From: Lingula anatina | Taxonomy: Eukaryota; Animalia; Brachiopoda | DNA length: 64,000 bases | Reading direction: 5' to 3' | NCBI GenBank assembly: GCA_051362555.1 | Contig: CM120640.1 | Span: 2,046,001-2,110,000, forward strand | In this document: piece by piece, positions 24,640 to 39,163 of the stretch | Numbering within the stretch: the stretch's first letter is position 1 | Layout of the letters: each line of letters begins with the position of its first letter | Position numbers and translations under genes: made by a program | The notes under the pieces: model-generated | The model's input: the letters and a program-made list of their open reading frames with translations, nothing else | What the model was told of the DNA's origin: nothing | Databases searched by the model: none

Positions 24640-27600
24640 TCAAACTGGAAGTTCGATGATTGGTCTTGGTTGGTCAACGTTTTCGTTGGCTTTGCAAAAG
24701 TCTAGAACTCGTGCGTCTGCGTCGCTTTTATTTTCTTTTGGGAACTGAAATGAGGCAATTTACCAAATTTAAAGTGGATTCAGACCTCAAAAAATGTCCA
24801 CAGCTGTTCCTTGTTTTGCTTTAATTATGTAATCAATAATTGACATGTACGTATATATCTTGTAAATGTGTAGATCGGGCGATAAGGTGAAACAGTACAA
24901 TCAATCCAATGTAAGCTTACGTTGGAGGAGAAGAAGAATGAGGGTAATTAGGTATTGGTCTGGTTTTAAATTGCAATTTATTCCTTGTTCGTTAAATTAA
25001 AAGAAATCGCCAGATTCCATTTATACATTTTTGTAGAAAGATGCTAACCTCTATCAAAACACAGTCCAGTGCCCGTAAATCATCACTGCGGCCAGCCACA
25101 TAGTTGTTGGCATTTGCTGGAAGATTGTCGTCAAACAAGAGTCTCCATAACTTCGTCGCAGAATCGACCTAATAGAAAAAAATAAAAACAAAGTCACGTG
25201 AATTAAGAAACTATACAAAATAGAGTACATTGACCGCAATCATAATCAAAAACCCTATGAAGGCCAAGTGTAATCACGTGTCTCAGAATGTGGGAAACCA
25301 TATCCAGTTGATTGGATATTGTTGACAGGACCCTCTTTGCACCTTGCAATAATTAAATGATGCAGTAATGTGGCACAAATAGTGTGGTAAGAATGGGGTC
25401 TCTCCTAAGATATCTAATATAGACTATCATATCTAATATTCAATGACAGGTTTCGTGGAACTTTGAGCACGTGATAAATCATAAATCATAACAACCTAGG
25501 AATAATTACAGTTATGCTTGCTTTTTTCATTCCCCCGATCGAATTCGCAATACTAAGAAGTCCAGATGAAAAATAAACAATTTAAACCGCGTCTTCTAAA
25601 GTTGATAGGAAAATACGTGCATCTTTGACTACGGTTCCTATTAAGCGCCCCAATGTATACTCCATAATGCAGCCCCAATTGCTTCAAAATCTTAACTGCT
25701 ATGCACAGTTTGCTAAAATCCAACCTACACTGTACTGTCTATATCCATTAGCCATGACCTGACAGGAGTCCATGAAGTGTCCTTCACCTCGGACTGAGAC
25801 GTCTTTCAAATTAAAATGCAGAGACATGATGATTTAAACTGAGACATAATGACTCAATTTAAAATGGTTTTATGACATCAATTATGCCAACGCGACCCAA
25901 CTAACAGACGTTATTTGTGAATCTAATGTTGGGCACCTATTGCAAGGGGTTGACCTTGATTCCAGTGCCCTTGCGTGGTTGACCTTAGTCTTATTAATGC
26001 CTTTGTGCCAAAACGTCATTGTCATGTACTGGTATTATCATTTCCTTTGTAAGTGTCTTCATGATTCTGTTACTGTAAAGAGTCTAACCGGCCTGCATCG
26101 GCTTCGACTGGTTTGCTCCAATGTTTCTCAAGATTAGGCCTACTTCATTTGGTCACGGAAGAAACTCTCATTGACATGAATACTACATTACTTCATCAGT
26201 CATACAAGGTCTGTGAGTGCTCAAAGGTCGATCCAGGTCTTGATTTACAGCAGAAGAATTGCCCTTGATTTATTGCCTACCAACTGATTTTTAATATAAT
26301 ATTTGCACGTTTGAAATGCATGACTTAATTATGCTAATTTTAATTTAAATGTACAAATCCTATTTAGCTGTTTGGGTTTAAATGACCAATATGATGTGCT
26401 ACTGCAGTACTCTGAACAAGTTCACGTTAAAGGTCACATCAGAGGTTGTCATGCCAGCGGCTCCTCTTTGTTCTCTGCCGTCTGACTGCTACAGTGACAT
26501 TTATAACTAACTGGTCATCAGGGTGAAATGTAAGACTGGGCTCCCATACCTAGATCGATCTAACAGGATCGATCCATCTCCGAGGGGCTTCTCGCTAAAT
26601 TGCATTCAGCTTAAGCGGCTTAGATATCTGGCACGCCTACTGAAGCTGCTAAACGAAAATAAATTACCCCCTCGGAGATAGATCGATCCACAGTTAGTAC
26701 GATAGGGTCTCAGAATGGTCCCTAAGATACCTTGACTTTACACACGCACCTGTTCCCTGGCATTAAAAACTGACATCATGCACCTGTATGGCAGGTATTA
26801 ACCTCAGTGTCAGGTGCACTTATGTTTTAATGCAATAAAGCCAGGTGTTTAGAAGTGCCCAGCGTTTTTCATGCAGAAACACGGTGCTTTAATACTAAAC
26901 CCATTAACTATTACTTTTTTACTCACCTTAATGACCCGGATGTCGTTCTCCCAGCAGTAAGCCTCTAGCAGAGTAAAATGGATGCTCAGCTCCAGATCAT
27001 CTAATGTGTCCGCTGCCAGTATGCACAACATCACGTGATCGGTATTTCTGGAAAATAAAATTAAATCTTTGCACTAAGCCTACAATAAATCTTAAACTAA
27101 CATTTTTTTTTTTTTTTGAAAATGAACGTGTTAGGTAATCAAAAGAAGGGGCATGCTAAATCAACCACTTACTCCAGAAATATTACATTTTACAGACCCT
27201 CTTTTTTCTTCTAATTCGCACAGGGCACAGAGTACATTAGTAGTCTTAATATTTTGGGGCAAGCTTTTTGGCCTTTATAAGCAATCAAGTATTTTGTCTA
27301 AAACACTCACGTTTCCAGCAGCCTTGCCGCCTGGTACACCCCACAAGTCACCCGGCCTTCCTCCCTGGCGTTAACGACACTGGCACAAAGTGACCGGCAG
27401 ATGTCACTGCTGTGGCGCGGAGGCACGATGCTGAAAAATTAACAGAATTTAATCAATTTTAACACTCATCGACATATTTATTTTCAAGGCAATTACAACA
27501 TTGCCCAATTGTTTTCCTGTCAAATATGTAGAAACTATAAGACCACCAAAAGCTTCTACATATTTGATCCCTAATAATTTGATGTCTATCACTTTATAGG

Positions 27601-27994
27601 CCTACCACACCAATATCTATGTATTTGTATAGCTTAATTCCCTGAAGTTAACTTTGCAGACACAGAAATATTGGGGAATTCTCTATCGTATTAACCGGAA
27701 TTTACGCATTTTTACTGAATTAGACCACCTGTAAGATAAACAGCAATGGTCATCTATGGTTCTGAACGTGATATTTACTTCGAGCAATCACACTATCACC
27801 GTCATTACTTCATTATTTAACGCCATGACGGCGCTCGATAAAGAAAAGAGTTTCCAACAATCTCTTAAAGCCAGAGTGTCAATGTAAGGCACTCCAGAAT
27901 ACGCTCACCTTCTGACTGTTGCGTCCACGGTTTCTTCGTTGTTATTCTTCATCTGGATATAAGAAACGCTTCTCAGTGATTCTGGGTAACCCAT
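24640..27994 (-). CDS. GADD45: GADD45 family protein, copy B (183 aa, 5 exons)
   Basis: Exons 27994-27909, 27430-27311, 27047-26927, 25168-25049, 24744-24640. Protein MGYPESLRSVSYIQMKNNNEE..GRVTCGVYQAARLLE..IHFTLLEAYCWENDIRVIKVD..DCVLIE..PRPIIELPV*. Confidence 0.93.
26534..26722. mobile_element. Harbinger-like MITE related to family 1, in intron 3 of GADD45-B
   Basis: Inverted GGATCGATCYATCTCCGAGGGG repeats. TAA at 26531-26533 and 26723-26725. Confidence 0.65.
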
Positions 27995-28069
27995 CCTTGA
28001 AATATTATCTTTATCAGTTTTGTGTTTTCACCCGTGTTATGCGATGTTCTCTGCACACGCGTTGACGTA

Positions 28070-28128
28070 AGAATGCGTACACCTAAGGAATCACTACTAC
28101 TTAAACTGCTCGGTCACGTGGTCGGTGG
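28070..28128 (-). promoter_or_regulatory. GADD45-B core promoter
   Basis: GACCACGTGACC (CACGTG 28115-28120), TTTAAGTA, ..GGTGTACGCATTCT. Confidence 0.6.
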
Positions 28129-28601
28129 GTTGTTTAATACAATAAGCATGCGACCCTGGATACTACGAAATGTGGTTAGTGTTAACTGTGGTTAAATGGA
28201 TTCCTTTAAAGCAATGTACTAGATTAGTTTATTGACGGACTTATGCTTGGAAAATTCTATTTGGAAATAAATAGAAATATGCACACTGTTGAAACGGAGA
28301 TGATGGAAAATTATTTTTTTCAAATCAATATGCACACTGATGGTTTGCTGAGAAGTAAAACATGCATTTGAGAGGGGGCCGTTTTTTAGTATCTACTTCT
28401 GTATCGACAAAATGTGCATAAAAATCTTATTCTGTCTTTTTAATTTTTTTCTTTTAATCTAAAAGTTATATGACATGTTTTGATAGCAGAGGTGCACGTT
28501 AAAACTTACGTTTTATTTGTAAAATCTACACCAAAAAAAATGTTGAGCGAAATGTTTTATGGCCTTCTTCTGATAACTTATTTTACGGACCCAAAAGCCT
28601 A

Positions 28602-28645
<44 letters not shown>
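28602..28645. repeat. (AAT)n microsatellite
   Basis: Directly visible. Confidence 0.9.
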
Positions 28646-28647
<2 letters not shown>

Positions 28648-29783
28648 GAAGTAGTAGTAATAGTAGTAGTAACAGAAGTAGAAGTAGTATTAGTAAAAAA
28701 AAAGGTGATTAGATGATTTAGAGTGGAAAAAACAATGATAAGCTGAATTTTACTGAACGTAACTCAAATATTGACATCAAACTTTTTTATGCCCTGCATT
28801 ACTATCCGAAAAAAACCCATAAAACATTCAACTGAAAAGAGCGCTGTCATACTCAGGCAACAAGAAAAGCTGTTGCTATTTTGGCTGATCAAGGGAGAGA
28901 GAGGGTGACAAGACCCCAGTTAACTTTTTTTTTTTTTCTGAAAAAACAAGCTTCCTGAAAAACCGTGCAAAGTCGCAAGTTCGCGGACTCCGGAGCCCTC
29001 ACATAAATGATGTTGTTAAATAGCAGATGACGTTGAAGAAACAATATCTACGTACATGCCAGCTTAGTCCTTTGAAATGTGTAACCCCGTATTCAGCGTG
29101 GCTGTTAGCACTAGTTCATTAACCATGAGTATAGTAAGCTGACTATTACACACCTGCCATCCAAACATAGCCTATTTACGTACTTATTAACCCTACCGAG
29201 AGTTCACTTGGTTACCAATTACTTACAAAAGGCTTAGAAATATGCTGTGCTTTAGAGATGCAGGATTCTCGGAAAATCACTTTTACGCCATTGCTTGGAA
29301 ATGTAGGACAGTTAATCGATAGAGGGGCGGCGTCTTGTCCAACTCCTGGGAGTTGTAAAAGATATCTGTAAGTGAATGAGGTTTGACGGCTGTTACTCAA
29401 TGACTTTCCAATATTTCTTGGAAACGTTTACAAGCTATGAGAGAAATTGTGTTTTGTTTTCGTAGAAAGCGAAATTTTACCTGGAATATTCATCTTCTGA
29501 AGCGAGTGGGCACATACAGGTACAGCTTTGTGCATCTATGTGTTTCAAACTGTTTTTATAAACTTATTTATATCCTTATTTCTTTAACGGCACAGATATA
29601 ATTTTATTTACATGGAAGGCAGACTCACCATGCCTCTTCTCTGAAGGGTGGGGGATATTGATCTCTGAAGTCCACAAAAACATATCTACATGTACTCGTA
29701 TATAATGTAAATGAGTGTTCTAAAATGCATCCAGTTTAATCCTTTATTCATAAATGGTTTTGCATATATTCTTATTTCCAGCA

Positions 29784-29877
<94 letters not shown>
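29784..29877. repeat. (CT)n(TA)n microsatellite
   Basis: Directly visible. Confidence 0.9.
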
Positions 29878-31725
29878 CTGGAGAATAAGGCTAGACATGT
29901 TATAGACATGTTATAGAAGTAGGTCTAGAGACTTCAGTAAAAATGCGTGATTAACAAAACATTTTTTTAAGATTTCAAAATACAGTGGAATGAATGATGA
30001 AAAACATCGCCCAGCATTTTTAGTCTTCTGTTTTAAAACTTAGCACCGCAATGGTGGTTTGCACAGCGTCAGCAGACTTGATGAAGCACGAGAAACTATG
30101 TTATCTTTCATGAAAACGAACTCCCACACTCCCTAGTCAATTATATATCAGCAAAAGTAGAATTTAGGATGCAAATATGGGCACAGATGTACTGTTCCGT
30201 TGTCCTTCTTGGAAATGCTTCAACACCAAAGATTGTAAAACGACAAAAAACAACTGCGCAGAGACTTGATAGTAGACATTTCTAGGAATATCTTTATTTC
30301 GTGAATCAATAAAATGTTGAAACATTTATACCTTACGGAAATGGAGAAAAAAGTGAAAGGCAGTTACAATTTGCCGATTCCTGTATCTTGACCTTTAATC
30401 TAAGTAAGTAATTAAGGTTGCAGCCGTTACGGATACGTTCCTGGAAATGATAATCAGGTCTTAGACGTTTGGTCACCATAGCAACACACACACAGCCTAT
30501 CGGAAAACGATTAAGAAGGATACATTCTTCATCGACACTAATTTTTTGGAATTCGTTTTTTACAGTCATCGAGTACATAAGAACTGACTATTTTACGGGC
30601 ATACCGTGCATATGTCAATGGATTTGGGACTTTTGAATGGAGCATGGAGCATTTGTTCAAACTCAGACAAAAGTAATCATCGTTGTTTTTGTTATTTGGA
30701 AACAATGGGATTCTCTTACAATAAACCCCCTACTGAAATCTTGCTGATAGGTTTATAAAACAAGGCGAAACGTAGAAATATTCCCAAGTTTTGTCTGATT
30801 CGTACTTTTAAATTTGATATATCCACATCGATCGCTTTAAAAACATATAATAAACAAGTAAAAATAGAAGTATTTTCAAAGCTTTATTCTTCTCCTCACA
30901 TTCAACTTTAACAAAATATTAACAAATATAACGGCTTCAATAAATAGATTTTAAATACGAATGTAAAAAAATAAGAATGGATATTTAATGAGCATGCAAA
31001 TGCGGCCAGCCGCAGCAATCCTTTACATCTTTACAAAAATATGGCAAGAGAAATATAATTTACATCACTCCCGTCTAGGGCACGTAAACAATTACGATAT
31101 GCCTTTTTAAAAGCCACATCATAAGTTAAAACAGTTTATCAGAGCAGATATCAGAGAAGGTTCAAACTTTTTTCAACTTAATCGTTTATCACATACTTTG
31201 AACAGGTAAATAAGTCGCCCATCTACCATGCACTTTTACGTGGATCTCAATACATCTAAATATCAGTCTAAATATGATAATTCGATGTCAACTCAACGCT
31301 CTAAATACGAGCTCCACAGAGTCATTAATTGCACGTTTTTCATTTGGCCAACTGGATATGACGTTTTGGTAAAGACTAGAAATTAGCCATAGCAATAGTT
31401 AGTCTTTCTTTCCAAAGGGACAAAATCTGGAACTTGGACGTCGACCAAAAAAGCATATAGCACCAAGTCGAGGTCAATCTGAAGTCCCTTCTAAGTAAGC
31501 GTCCATTTTTCTCCAAGCTAACCGATACACGGTCACGTTGCCCCTGATGGCGGTCCAATGTTTACGCATGCCCCGGTATTGGACGAGGCGAGCTGGATTA
31601 CGACACAGACAACAACAACGGGATAACACCGGTATTCACGACAAAGGCACTACACCGGAACCCGTGACTCGCTGCGCTGAGTGGAACGCAGTGCTGGTTC
31701 ACAGAACAGTTCCCCAACGTCCGCG

Positions 31726-34700
31726 TCATTCCGGGAGGTCGATTATGGGCCGTGGTAACATACTTTCGCTCGCTTTGTAAAAGTCTAGAACCTTTTTATC
31801 CTGAGGACTGATGGTTTCTTTTGGAAACTGAAGAATAAAAATTAAAAATATGTGTTAATAGAAATAAACAACGCAGCTTTAAAAGGTCAAATATTCAAAA
31901 TCTGTTCTGGAATTTGCAAATGATACAATAAATACAAATCCAATAACTACTACGCAAAAGTAAACTCTATATAAGTACGTGAGGCACGTGGATTAAGCTC
32001 GCCATGATTGAGAAACCTTGTAAAAGATCATATTTGATTAACTTTTTACTTTCCCTGCCAACAATGTCAAATGCAAGTCACTACGCTTACTTTTTAATTT
32101 ACGTCCATATTGACATTACCAACCAATACTATAGAGATAATTAAAAGCCACATCAAATTTTGTTTATCATATCATAGGTTATCATAAACTGAAGCAGTCC
32201 TAAGAAATCATTCTAAAAGCAAAAGAAAATCCTCAGTTACAGATTGGTAGCAGGAGAGTTTTAAGTAAGGTAACTCAAGCTCACCTGTATTAAAACGCAG
32301 TCCAGGGGTCGGAGGCTATTAATGCGGCCAGCAGCAAAGTCGTTGTCATTTGCTGGAAGATTGCCGTCGAATAGAAGCTTCCCTAGCTTGGAGGAAGAGT
32401 CTACCTGAAAAATACAAACGATACGATTTTTTTAAACAGGATGGAACTACTGTACTTTAGTTTGCTAATGTATCACGACAATAAACATCCGAATTTTATA
32501 CAATCAAATATTAACTGCAAGCTACAAACCATTTAAAATGTTAACAATTAAAATCAGGAAAAATACGCCAAGAAAAGTTGTCACTTCAAATTAGCACAGA
32601 TCAACATCCTGTGCTTCCTTGTTATTTAACTGATCTTTGAACTTGTAAACAATCTGAAAGCTGTCCATTAAGAAGACTGACAGTCTAAGTAAACATATGA
32701 CCGTTAAAATTAAGTTCACGAATCTTGACAACGTATTTAGCCGACTATACCAGTCAACACGACCTACGTCTACAGCACTTAAGTTAATAGAGATGCAAAT
32801 TTCCTGTTTTGACTTTTCTAATTAACGTTTTTTCACAATTTATTTTAGGACTATACGAAGTCATCGACATTTTATCAATAGTGTCCAAATTAAGCTTCGT
32901 TGTCCGCACCTGTTGCCGAAAGCCTTCCGTCCTTGTTTTCATGACCGTTATACAGAATAACAAAATATTACAAGGAGCGTTTTTTTATTCTGGTTTTACA
33001 TTTTACGCCTTATTCTACGTGTCTTGTTCTTAATTAAATGTGAGTGGTCCCAGTGGGCCATTTCTGTAAGACGGGGAATAATTTGATCTGATTATGACTT
33101 CAGTGTAGGCAAAACTAATATGTTTTTCATAAAACAACTCGCCTACACTCAGCCAACTGCTAAACCTACGAACTAAAGTCAAATGTATACATACTCATTT
33201 TCTATCTCTGCATGTCCTCAGGATTCTTATCATAAGGTTTAGATCATAACAATGGTAAAGTTAGGGAGGTAACCTTAGATATGCTGGCGTCTAACAATAC
33301 CACAAGTTATCTCAGCTGAAATAACATGGCTGGTGGTTGAGGTGAGCACATAACTGTTCCATTCACATCCTGAGGTGAAGTTAAAAACAGTTCCTTTCAC
33401 ATCTTATTATTCTAGGTTCTGTTCGTTATATATAATTCTGTATAAAATATTACCGGGACAGCTTGGCCTGAGAGCTGACATTTACCTTAACGAGTTTACA
33501 TAACAGTACTAGGGCCGCCGCTTAACCTGATACGCTAATGCCACAATTTATGCACAACACTGCATCGTTCATCGAATTAACCGTTATCAACTCTGTCTCT
33601 GTCCAAAAACCCACTACCTTGGAGGTCGGCATATTGAACTTTGCTTCCCTGTGGGGTGTGATGACATTTAACAAACGAAGTCGCTGTTTAACTAATAAAT
33701 ATGCATCACCAACTGACTGGCTACCAATGAAACCTTTTTGGCCGCCAATACATCTTGGGAGGGGGGTATCTCACCAGAGAGGGACTCGTGAGATAACCAC
33801 AGCCGATTCAATATAGAACTAATACAGACCAGAAAACAGACATGACCAGACGACTAGATTGCTTATTTCAACATTGTGACATAATGGGCAATGGATGTCC
33901 GTATGGTACAATGGATCAATGGCTACGCCAGCTGGTTCTGGTGTAAGTTAGTCCACTTGTGAACACGCTATAAATCAGGTTATCTTTGTATTCTGTTCTA
34001 CCTGGTCAAATCAGGGGCACTTAAGGTAGCTATCTGCAGAAGGCATTCACCCGTATGTGTCGTGACTTTAAAGCGCTTCGTCACGTCAAACACGAGGCAG
34101 ACATGATATAATGGCAAGACTTATCTAAGAGGTGCATGATGCTGCACATCACAGCTTTCACGTGGCATGTTAAAGCATCATGAACATATGGAGAAAAACG
34201 ACCATTAACACACCCTAACCTGGGCTCACCTGCTAAATATAACCTGTACTGGTCCTTAATTGACAACAGAGCACCTGTCAGATAGTTGAAAGGTTCTTAA
34301 CCCCTAACAGCAGGTTAGAGAAACGCTACTCATCGCATTCTGTGTGATCGATGGGTCACCTCTCGGCCCTCCTGCAGAAGCAACCACAAAGCACGAGAGC
34401 TGACAGGTACTGGGAGACCCCTTATGCTTACTAAGCAGCTGTTCAGTACCTTCCCGTACCAGGTGCGCCCACCTGACAGTTAAAGATATAGGCTTACCAG
34501 GTACTTTTAAATAATTGCATCAGAAGTCAAGAACGAGCTAGGTGCACATGCAATAATGTGATGAAGTGATAAATGCTCACCTTGACTAGGCTGATGTCGT
34601 TTTCCCAACAGAATGCCTCCAACAGGGTAAAATGAATGTGAAGTTCAAGATTGTTGAAATCGTCAGCCGCCAGTATGCATAGCATAACGTCCTCAAGGTT

Positions 34701-35526
34701 GCTGCAAAACAAAGCCAAGCACTCATGTAACAAACATTCGGTGAAGGACAAATAAACATTTAGCAAACATGAATATTTACATAAACAACCATTCGAAACT
34801 GATAGCGGGATTCTTAACTGTCGTAAATATTACTGGCAACGCAATAGATATCGATGCACAGGTTATTTGGACCAAGGCCAAGTCGATGATTAAAATAACT
34901 ATGGCAAGTCAAGAGCATTTGAACTTGAAACCCATTGCAATATTAACACTTTATTTATATCACGTTTACAGATCTGTTCACCTTTTTCATTCATAACAAT
35001 GTCTAAAACACAGAGATATGGTGTCTGCGACCGATTTTTACAATCAACCATGTCAACTATGATTTTCGAGGAGAGAGACTCAGACACAATCTTAGTATAT
35101 ACATAGAACTTACTTTTCTAGCGTCGTAGCGGCCTGATAGACGCCGAGTGTGATACGACCCTCCTCTTTCGCTTGGCCTAAACTGGCCTGCAGCGCCGTG
35201 CTGACGTCAGAGAAGACGGGGGACGGACTGCTGAATCTGCAATTAACAATATTTCCGAATTTAATATGTATTCTAGAATTTTTCTTAACTAAATAACTTT
35301 ACAAGTTATACAGATGTTAACTGCATTAGAAACGGATTCGAATGAAACATGTTTTGAGTATTAGCTAAATGTTCCCAGGTCAGAAACGGCTATTCGACAA
35401 ATGTTCCTATTATAAAAATGTTCCCTATAATATATAATAATCTTACCTTTTCTCGGTCATTGTCATCTCGTTGTTGTTATTGTTCAGCTCTAGGTGTGAT
35501 ACGCTCAGTGCCGCTGGATAGCCCAT
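31726..35526 (-). CDS. GADD45: GADD45 family protein, copy C (181 aa, 5 exons)
   Basis: Exons 35526-35447, 35236-35114, 34701-34581, 32404-32285, 31827-31726. Protein MGYPAALSVSHLELNNNNNEMTM..GRITLGVYQAATTLE..IHFTLLEAFCWENDISLVKVD..DCVLIQ..PRPIIDLPE*. Confidence 0.93.
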
Positions 35527-35595
35527 CGTATAATTCGCTTTGTATATTCCTCTTAAATGTATACTAGTATATCTTCACTGTTCGCTTGCCGTTTG

Positions 35596-35654
35596 TTAAA
35601 TGAGTTCACCCAGTTGTCGGCCTGTAGTTAAACGCCCGATCACGTGGTCTGGTA
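35596..35654 (-). promoter_or_regulatory. GADD45-C core promoter
   Basis: GACCACGTGATC (CACGTG 35641-35646), TTTAACTA, ..GGTGAACTCATTT. Confidence 0.6.
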
Positions 35655-36773
35655 TTGATGTTTATGTTGTCAGAATAGTTCCGGCCCGCGACCTGGAATT
35701 TACGATGGCACTTAATCCTTCCTCTAGAGGTAAACAGTTAACAAGGGGGTAACCTTGATGGCCACGACAACATGGGGGTTAGAGATCAACCACTGGTCAA
35801 TAGTGACACCGTATGCTCCTATGTTTGCATCATGGCCATTGCATTATGCATATATGTACTTATGGAGGGATGCGTTTTGGGAAAAAATCAGATTCCGCCT
35901 ATTGCAAAAATTCGAAACATGAGCCAATCAGATTTGTCAGTGCTGATAAAGATCATTTAATCTTATTCGTCAATATTACATTATTGTATCACACTTGGGG
36001 GCTCGTTATGTGCATGTTAAAGTTAAATAGGTCACTAGAAATATGTTAAATACGAGTAGGTTATTTACTAGCCGGACGCATATTTTATGTACAGTCGTTG
36101 ATCTCTCTGTTTGACGGATCTGACGTCATACGTATCCGTCTATAGGCTAAGCTGGCTGCGTTCGCCAAAGGTTCTTGGACATATTTACTTAATGCCTGTT
36201 GGGAGGTAAACACGGTTAACAGGAACTAGCATATTTCAAGGAAAGCGACTGCGATAATGAAGTATATACAGCCTATTTCAGTGCAAGCCTTGACTGAGGT
36301 ATGCATATTCTAGCCCATGTGAATTCTTCATCCATGAAAAATTATGAGTTGTAGATTTGCACGGTCGCGCATGGGCAATTGCCTGAATGTGCGTGCGTGC
36401 GTGTGCGTGTGTTAACACATTTGTGCACGTGTGCATATATTTACATTTCTGTCTGTTGGGTGTGTGTGTGTGTGTGCCTGTGCGTGTTACACAAGTGGTT
36501 CACCCTAGATCTCAATCTCTCCAGGTGGACAGTTGGTTGGTTAAATAACGGCGTTGGCCAATTTACGTAAAATTCCAGTTTCTCGAGCGTAAAAATTCTT
36601 GTGCCACGTGCCACGACACAAATAGTGAAATGACCACATTTTCTTATGAAACCTCATGCTCCAACATGTATGCAACCTACCCTAATACGTGTATGCTATC
36701 GCAGTTTGTTTAATATAAGATATTGAGAACATATAGTTCCACGAAGTTTGCGTCCGTTCAAGATGCAACTTAA

Positions 36774-37116
36774 GTCCCTTTTTAGAACCAGGTTGATCCG
36801 CGGACTAACTGATCTACGAATCAAATATGGCCAACCCACTTGAAAGCTTGCCGTGTGATTCCAGTGTGTGACAGGAATGGTAGACCTAGGCATGGAAGTC
36901 CGGGCTCCCACATGATAAGTCCAGGTTAGGGTTTACATTAGTTGGAGTATTGGGACAAATATAGTATATGGGACGAATGCCACCTGTGCAAAGTAATGGG
37001 AAGCCGACCACGGTTCTTACCGGACTGTCACAACGGCGGTGAGCTTTCAGGTGGGTCGGCCATATTTGATCCGCGGATCAATTAGGTCGCGAATCAACTT
37101 GGTGCTGAACAGGCCC
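36774..37116. mobile_element. Foldback/Harbinger-like MITE with ~75-bp TIRs enclosing a copy of the 23664 MITE
   Basis: Left ..CCAGGTTGATCCGCGGACTAACTGATCTACGAATCAAATATGGCCAACCCACTTGAAAGCT is an imperfect reverse complement of the right end AGCTTTCAGGTGGGTCGGCCATATTTGATCC..AACAGGCCC. The interior resembles 23664-23788. Confidence 0.65.
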
Positions 37117-37611
37117 AAAGACACAGAAAATGCAGCAAGTTTGATCGATTCAACTATCAATTTACTGTTTCCCTTGGTATACAGTTTCTGGTGAATAACT
37201 AAAAACAAGATAAGACATTGCAATATTTATGACTGACCAAATTGGATGTGTTCGCCTGAAAAATTGAGTTTTCCGAAAACAAAATCCCGCAGAAGCCAGC
37301 AGTGGCTGTTATTCAACTTTCTGAGTATAAAAATTATAATCAGAATTTTGCAGTGTCCATTAGCTAACAGAAACGGCAGAGACATGCTGATAATATAGAA
37401 AACGGTTTCCAATTAATCAAGACATCGGGATGCCATTAGTCGGCTGATTGGTTGAGGAGTCATACAACAAGTCAATCAGGTAAGTAGTGCAAGCCCATGA
37501 CTAACTACCTGCACAGTCAGCATGAGCAATACATACAACAGCTGAGTCAGCCAGGGAAGACCCAACAACGCCGTTATTGAAATGATGTCAGCGTGAATCA
37601 GATTGGGGCGT

Positions 37612-37717
<106 letters not shown>

Positions 37718-38783
37718 ACTTCTACTATAATTGCAATATGTCTTTCGTTCTGGTATTTGGTTTCGTGAGCAAATAAAAGGACAATCAAATAAACCAATAA
37801 AACATGTCACTTTTACATCATTAAATGAGATAGAATCAATATTCCGGGAAATAACTCACTCGCTTGTTTTGATTCTCGGGAACTCCGGGCTCCCCGTGTT
37901 AATAACCTCATGCTAGCATTTCCTAATTCCCAGGAGATATAGGAAATGTTATGGTAACAGTTCAAGGTAGGATCAGAATCTAGTACGTGGGGGATTCGGA
38001 TTTTTTATTTGTTTTTTTTTTGTTTTTTTTTGTTTTTTTTTTGTGCAGCAAGGATATATAATCAGGGACATTTATTAGAATTGAGCCGTACGTGTATGAA
38101 TTGGGTGAGAGTTGGCAGGGCTTTGGTGGTTGATATATTTTGGAAAACATAAATCAGTGAATCAGCTGTTAGGGGCACAGTACTGTAGCGGCCGTATTTT
38201 TATCTACTACATTAAAAATGGAATGAAGGGCATGTCAGGAATCCGCGATCTTTGGAGGCCTTTTTTTGGCAGCATCGTGACAACATTTGTTTTCTACAAT
38301 ATATTGGCGAAGCACGAACTGAGCGGAAAGCCAGAATAATTCCCCTTTGCCCGTTGCACTGGGTTTGCCTTGGTACGAAAACCGTGATATCACATTTTCA
38401 TGACTAGAGCTTTATCAGCAGCGCGCGTGGTTGCACGAGGATTGAAATACTTGTTATAAAACTAGCACAGGTCAAAATATAGGTCGGTTGAGTAACCTTG
38501 TTCAGTTATTGGAGCGTGGTTTTGTTGGGAGAAGACAAAGGACGCTGTGATGTGATTTAGGTTGTATTACAGGACCTGATTACAAGGTTCAAAATATAGG
38601 TTGTTCACATCACTCTTACCAGCTATGTTAATTTTGGGGAATTTTTTTCATAGCAGTTATCACTGCAGATTGTCCCTGGTGGTCTCTCTGTGTTGTCAAC
38701 AACGATACTTAAGGACGTTTTACTATCATCCTAGTGCTAGCACTATTTGGACTATGAATCGTGGTGGCACAAAAAAAAAAAAA

Positions 38784-38826
<43 letters not shown>

Positions 38827-39026
38827 ATGCGCTAGCACTTATATGTCTACATTTTATACCTGCTATATTAGCACATAAAATATTTTTTAAATACGTAAAT
38901 AAAAGTGCTACGTTTTTTCATGCTACAATCGATGCTTCGTTTTGAAAGTTACTTTTATTTCTAATATTTTGCCTAGCATATCACATGCAGGAGTGATAAT
39001 TATATTGTCTCCAAATTGCTCTTACG

Positions 39027-39163
39027 CACCCTGAGCTTCAGAGATAACTTGACACTAACCTCTTCACTATTAGCCTATTTTCATCGTGTCAAGTTACTTG
39101 ACACGATGAAGATAGGCTAATAGTGAAGAGGTTAGTGTCAAATTATCTCTGAAGCTCAGGGTG
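39027..39163. mobile_element. Fully palindromic 137-bp element with 8-bp TSD
   Basis: 68-bp arms, 1-nt loop, 2 mismatches. CTCTTACG duplicated at 39019-39026 and 39164-39171. Confidence 0.85.
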
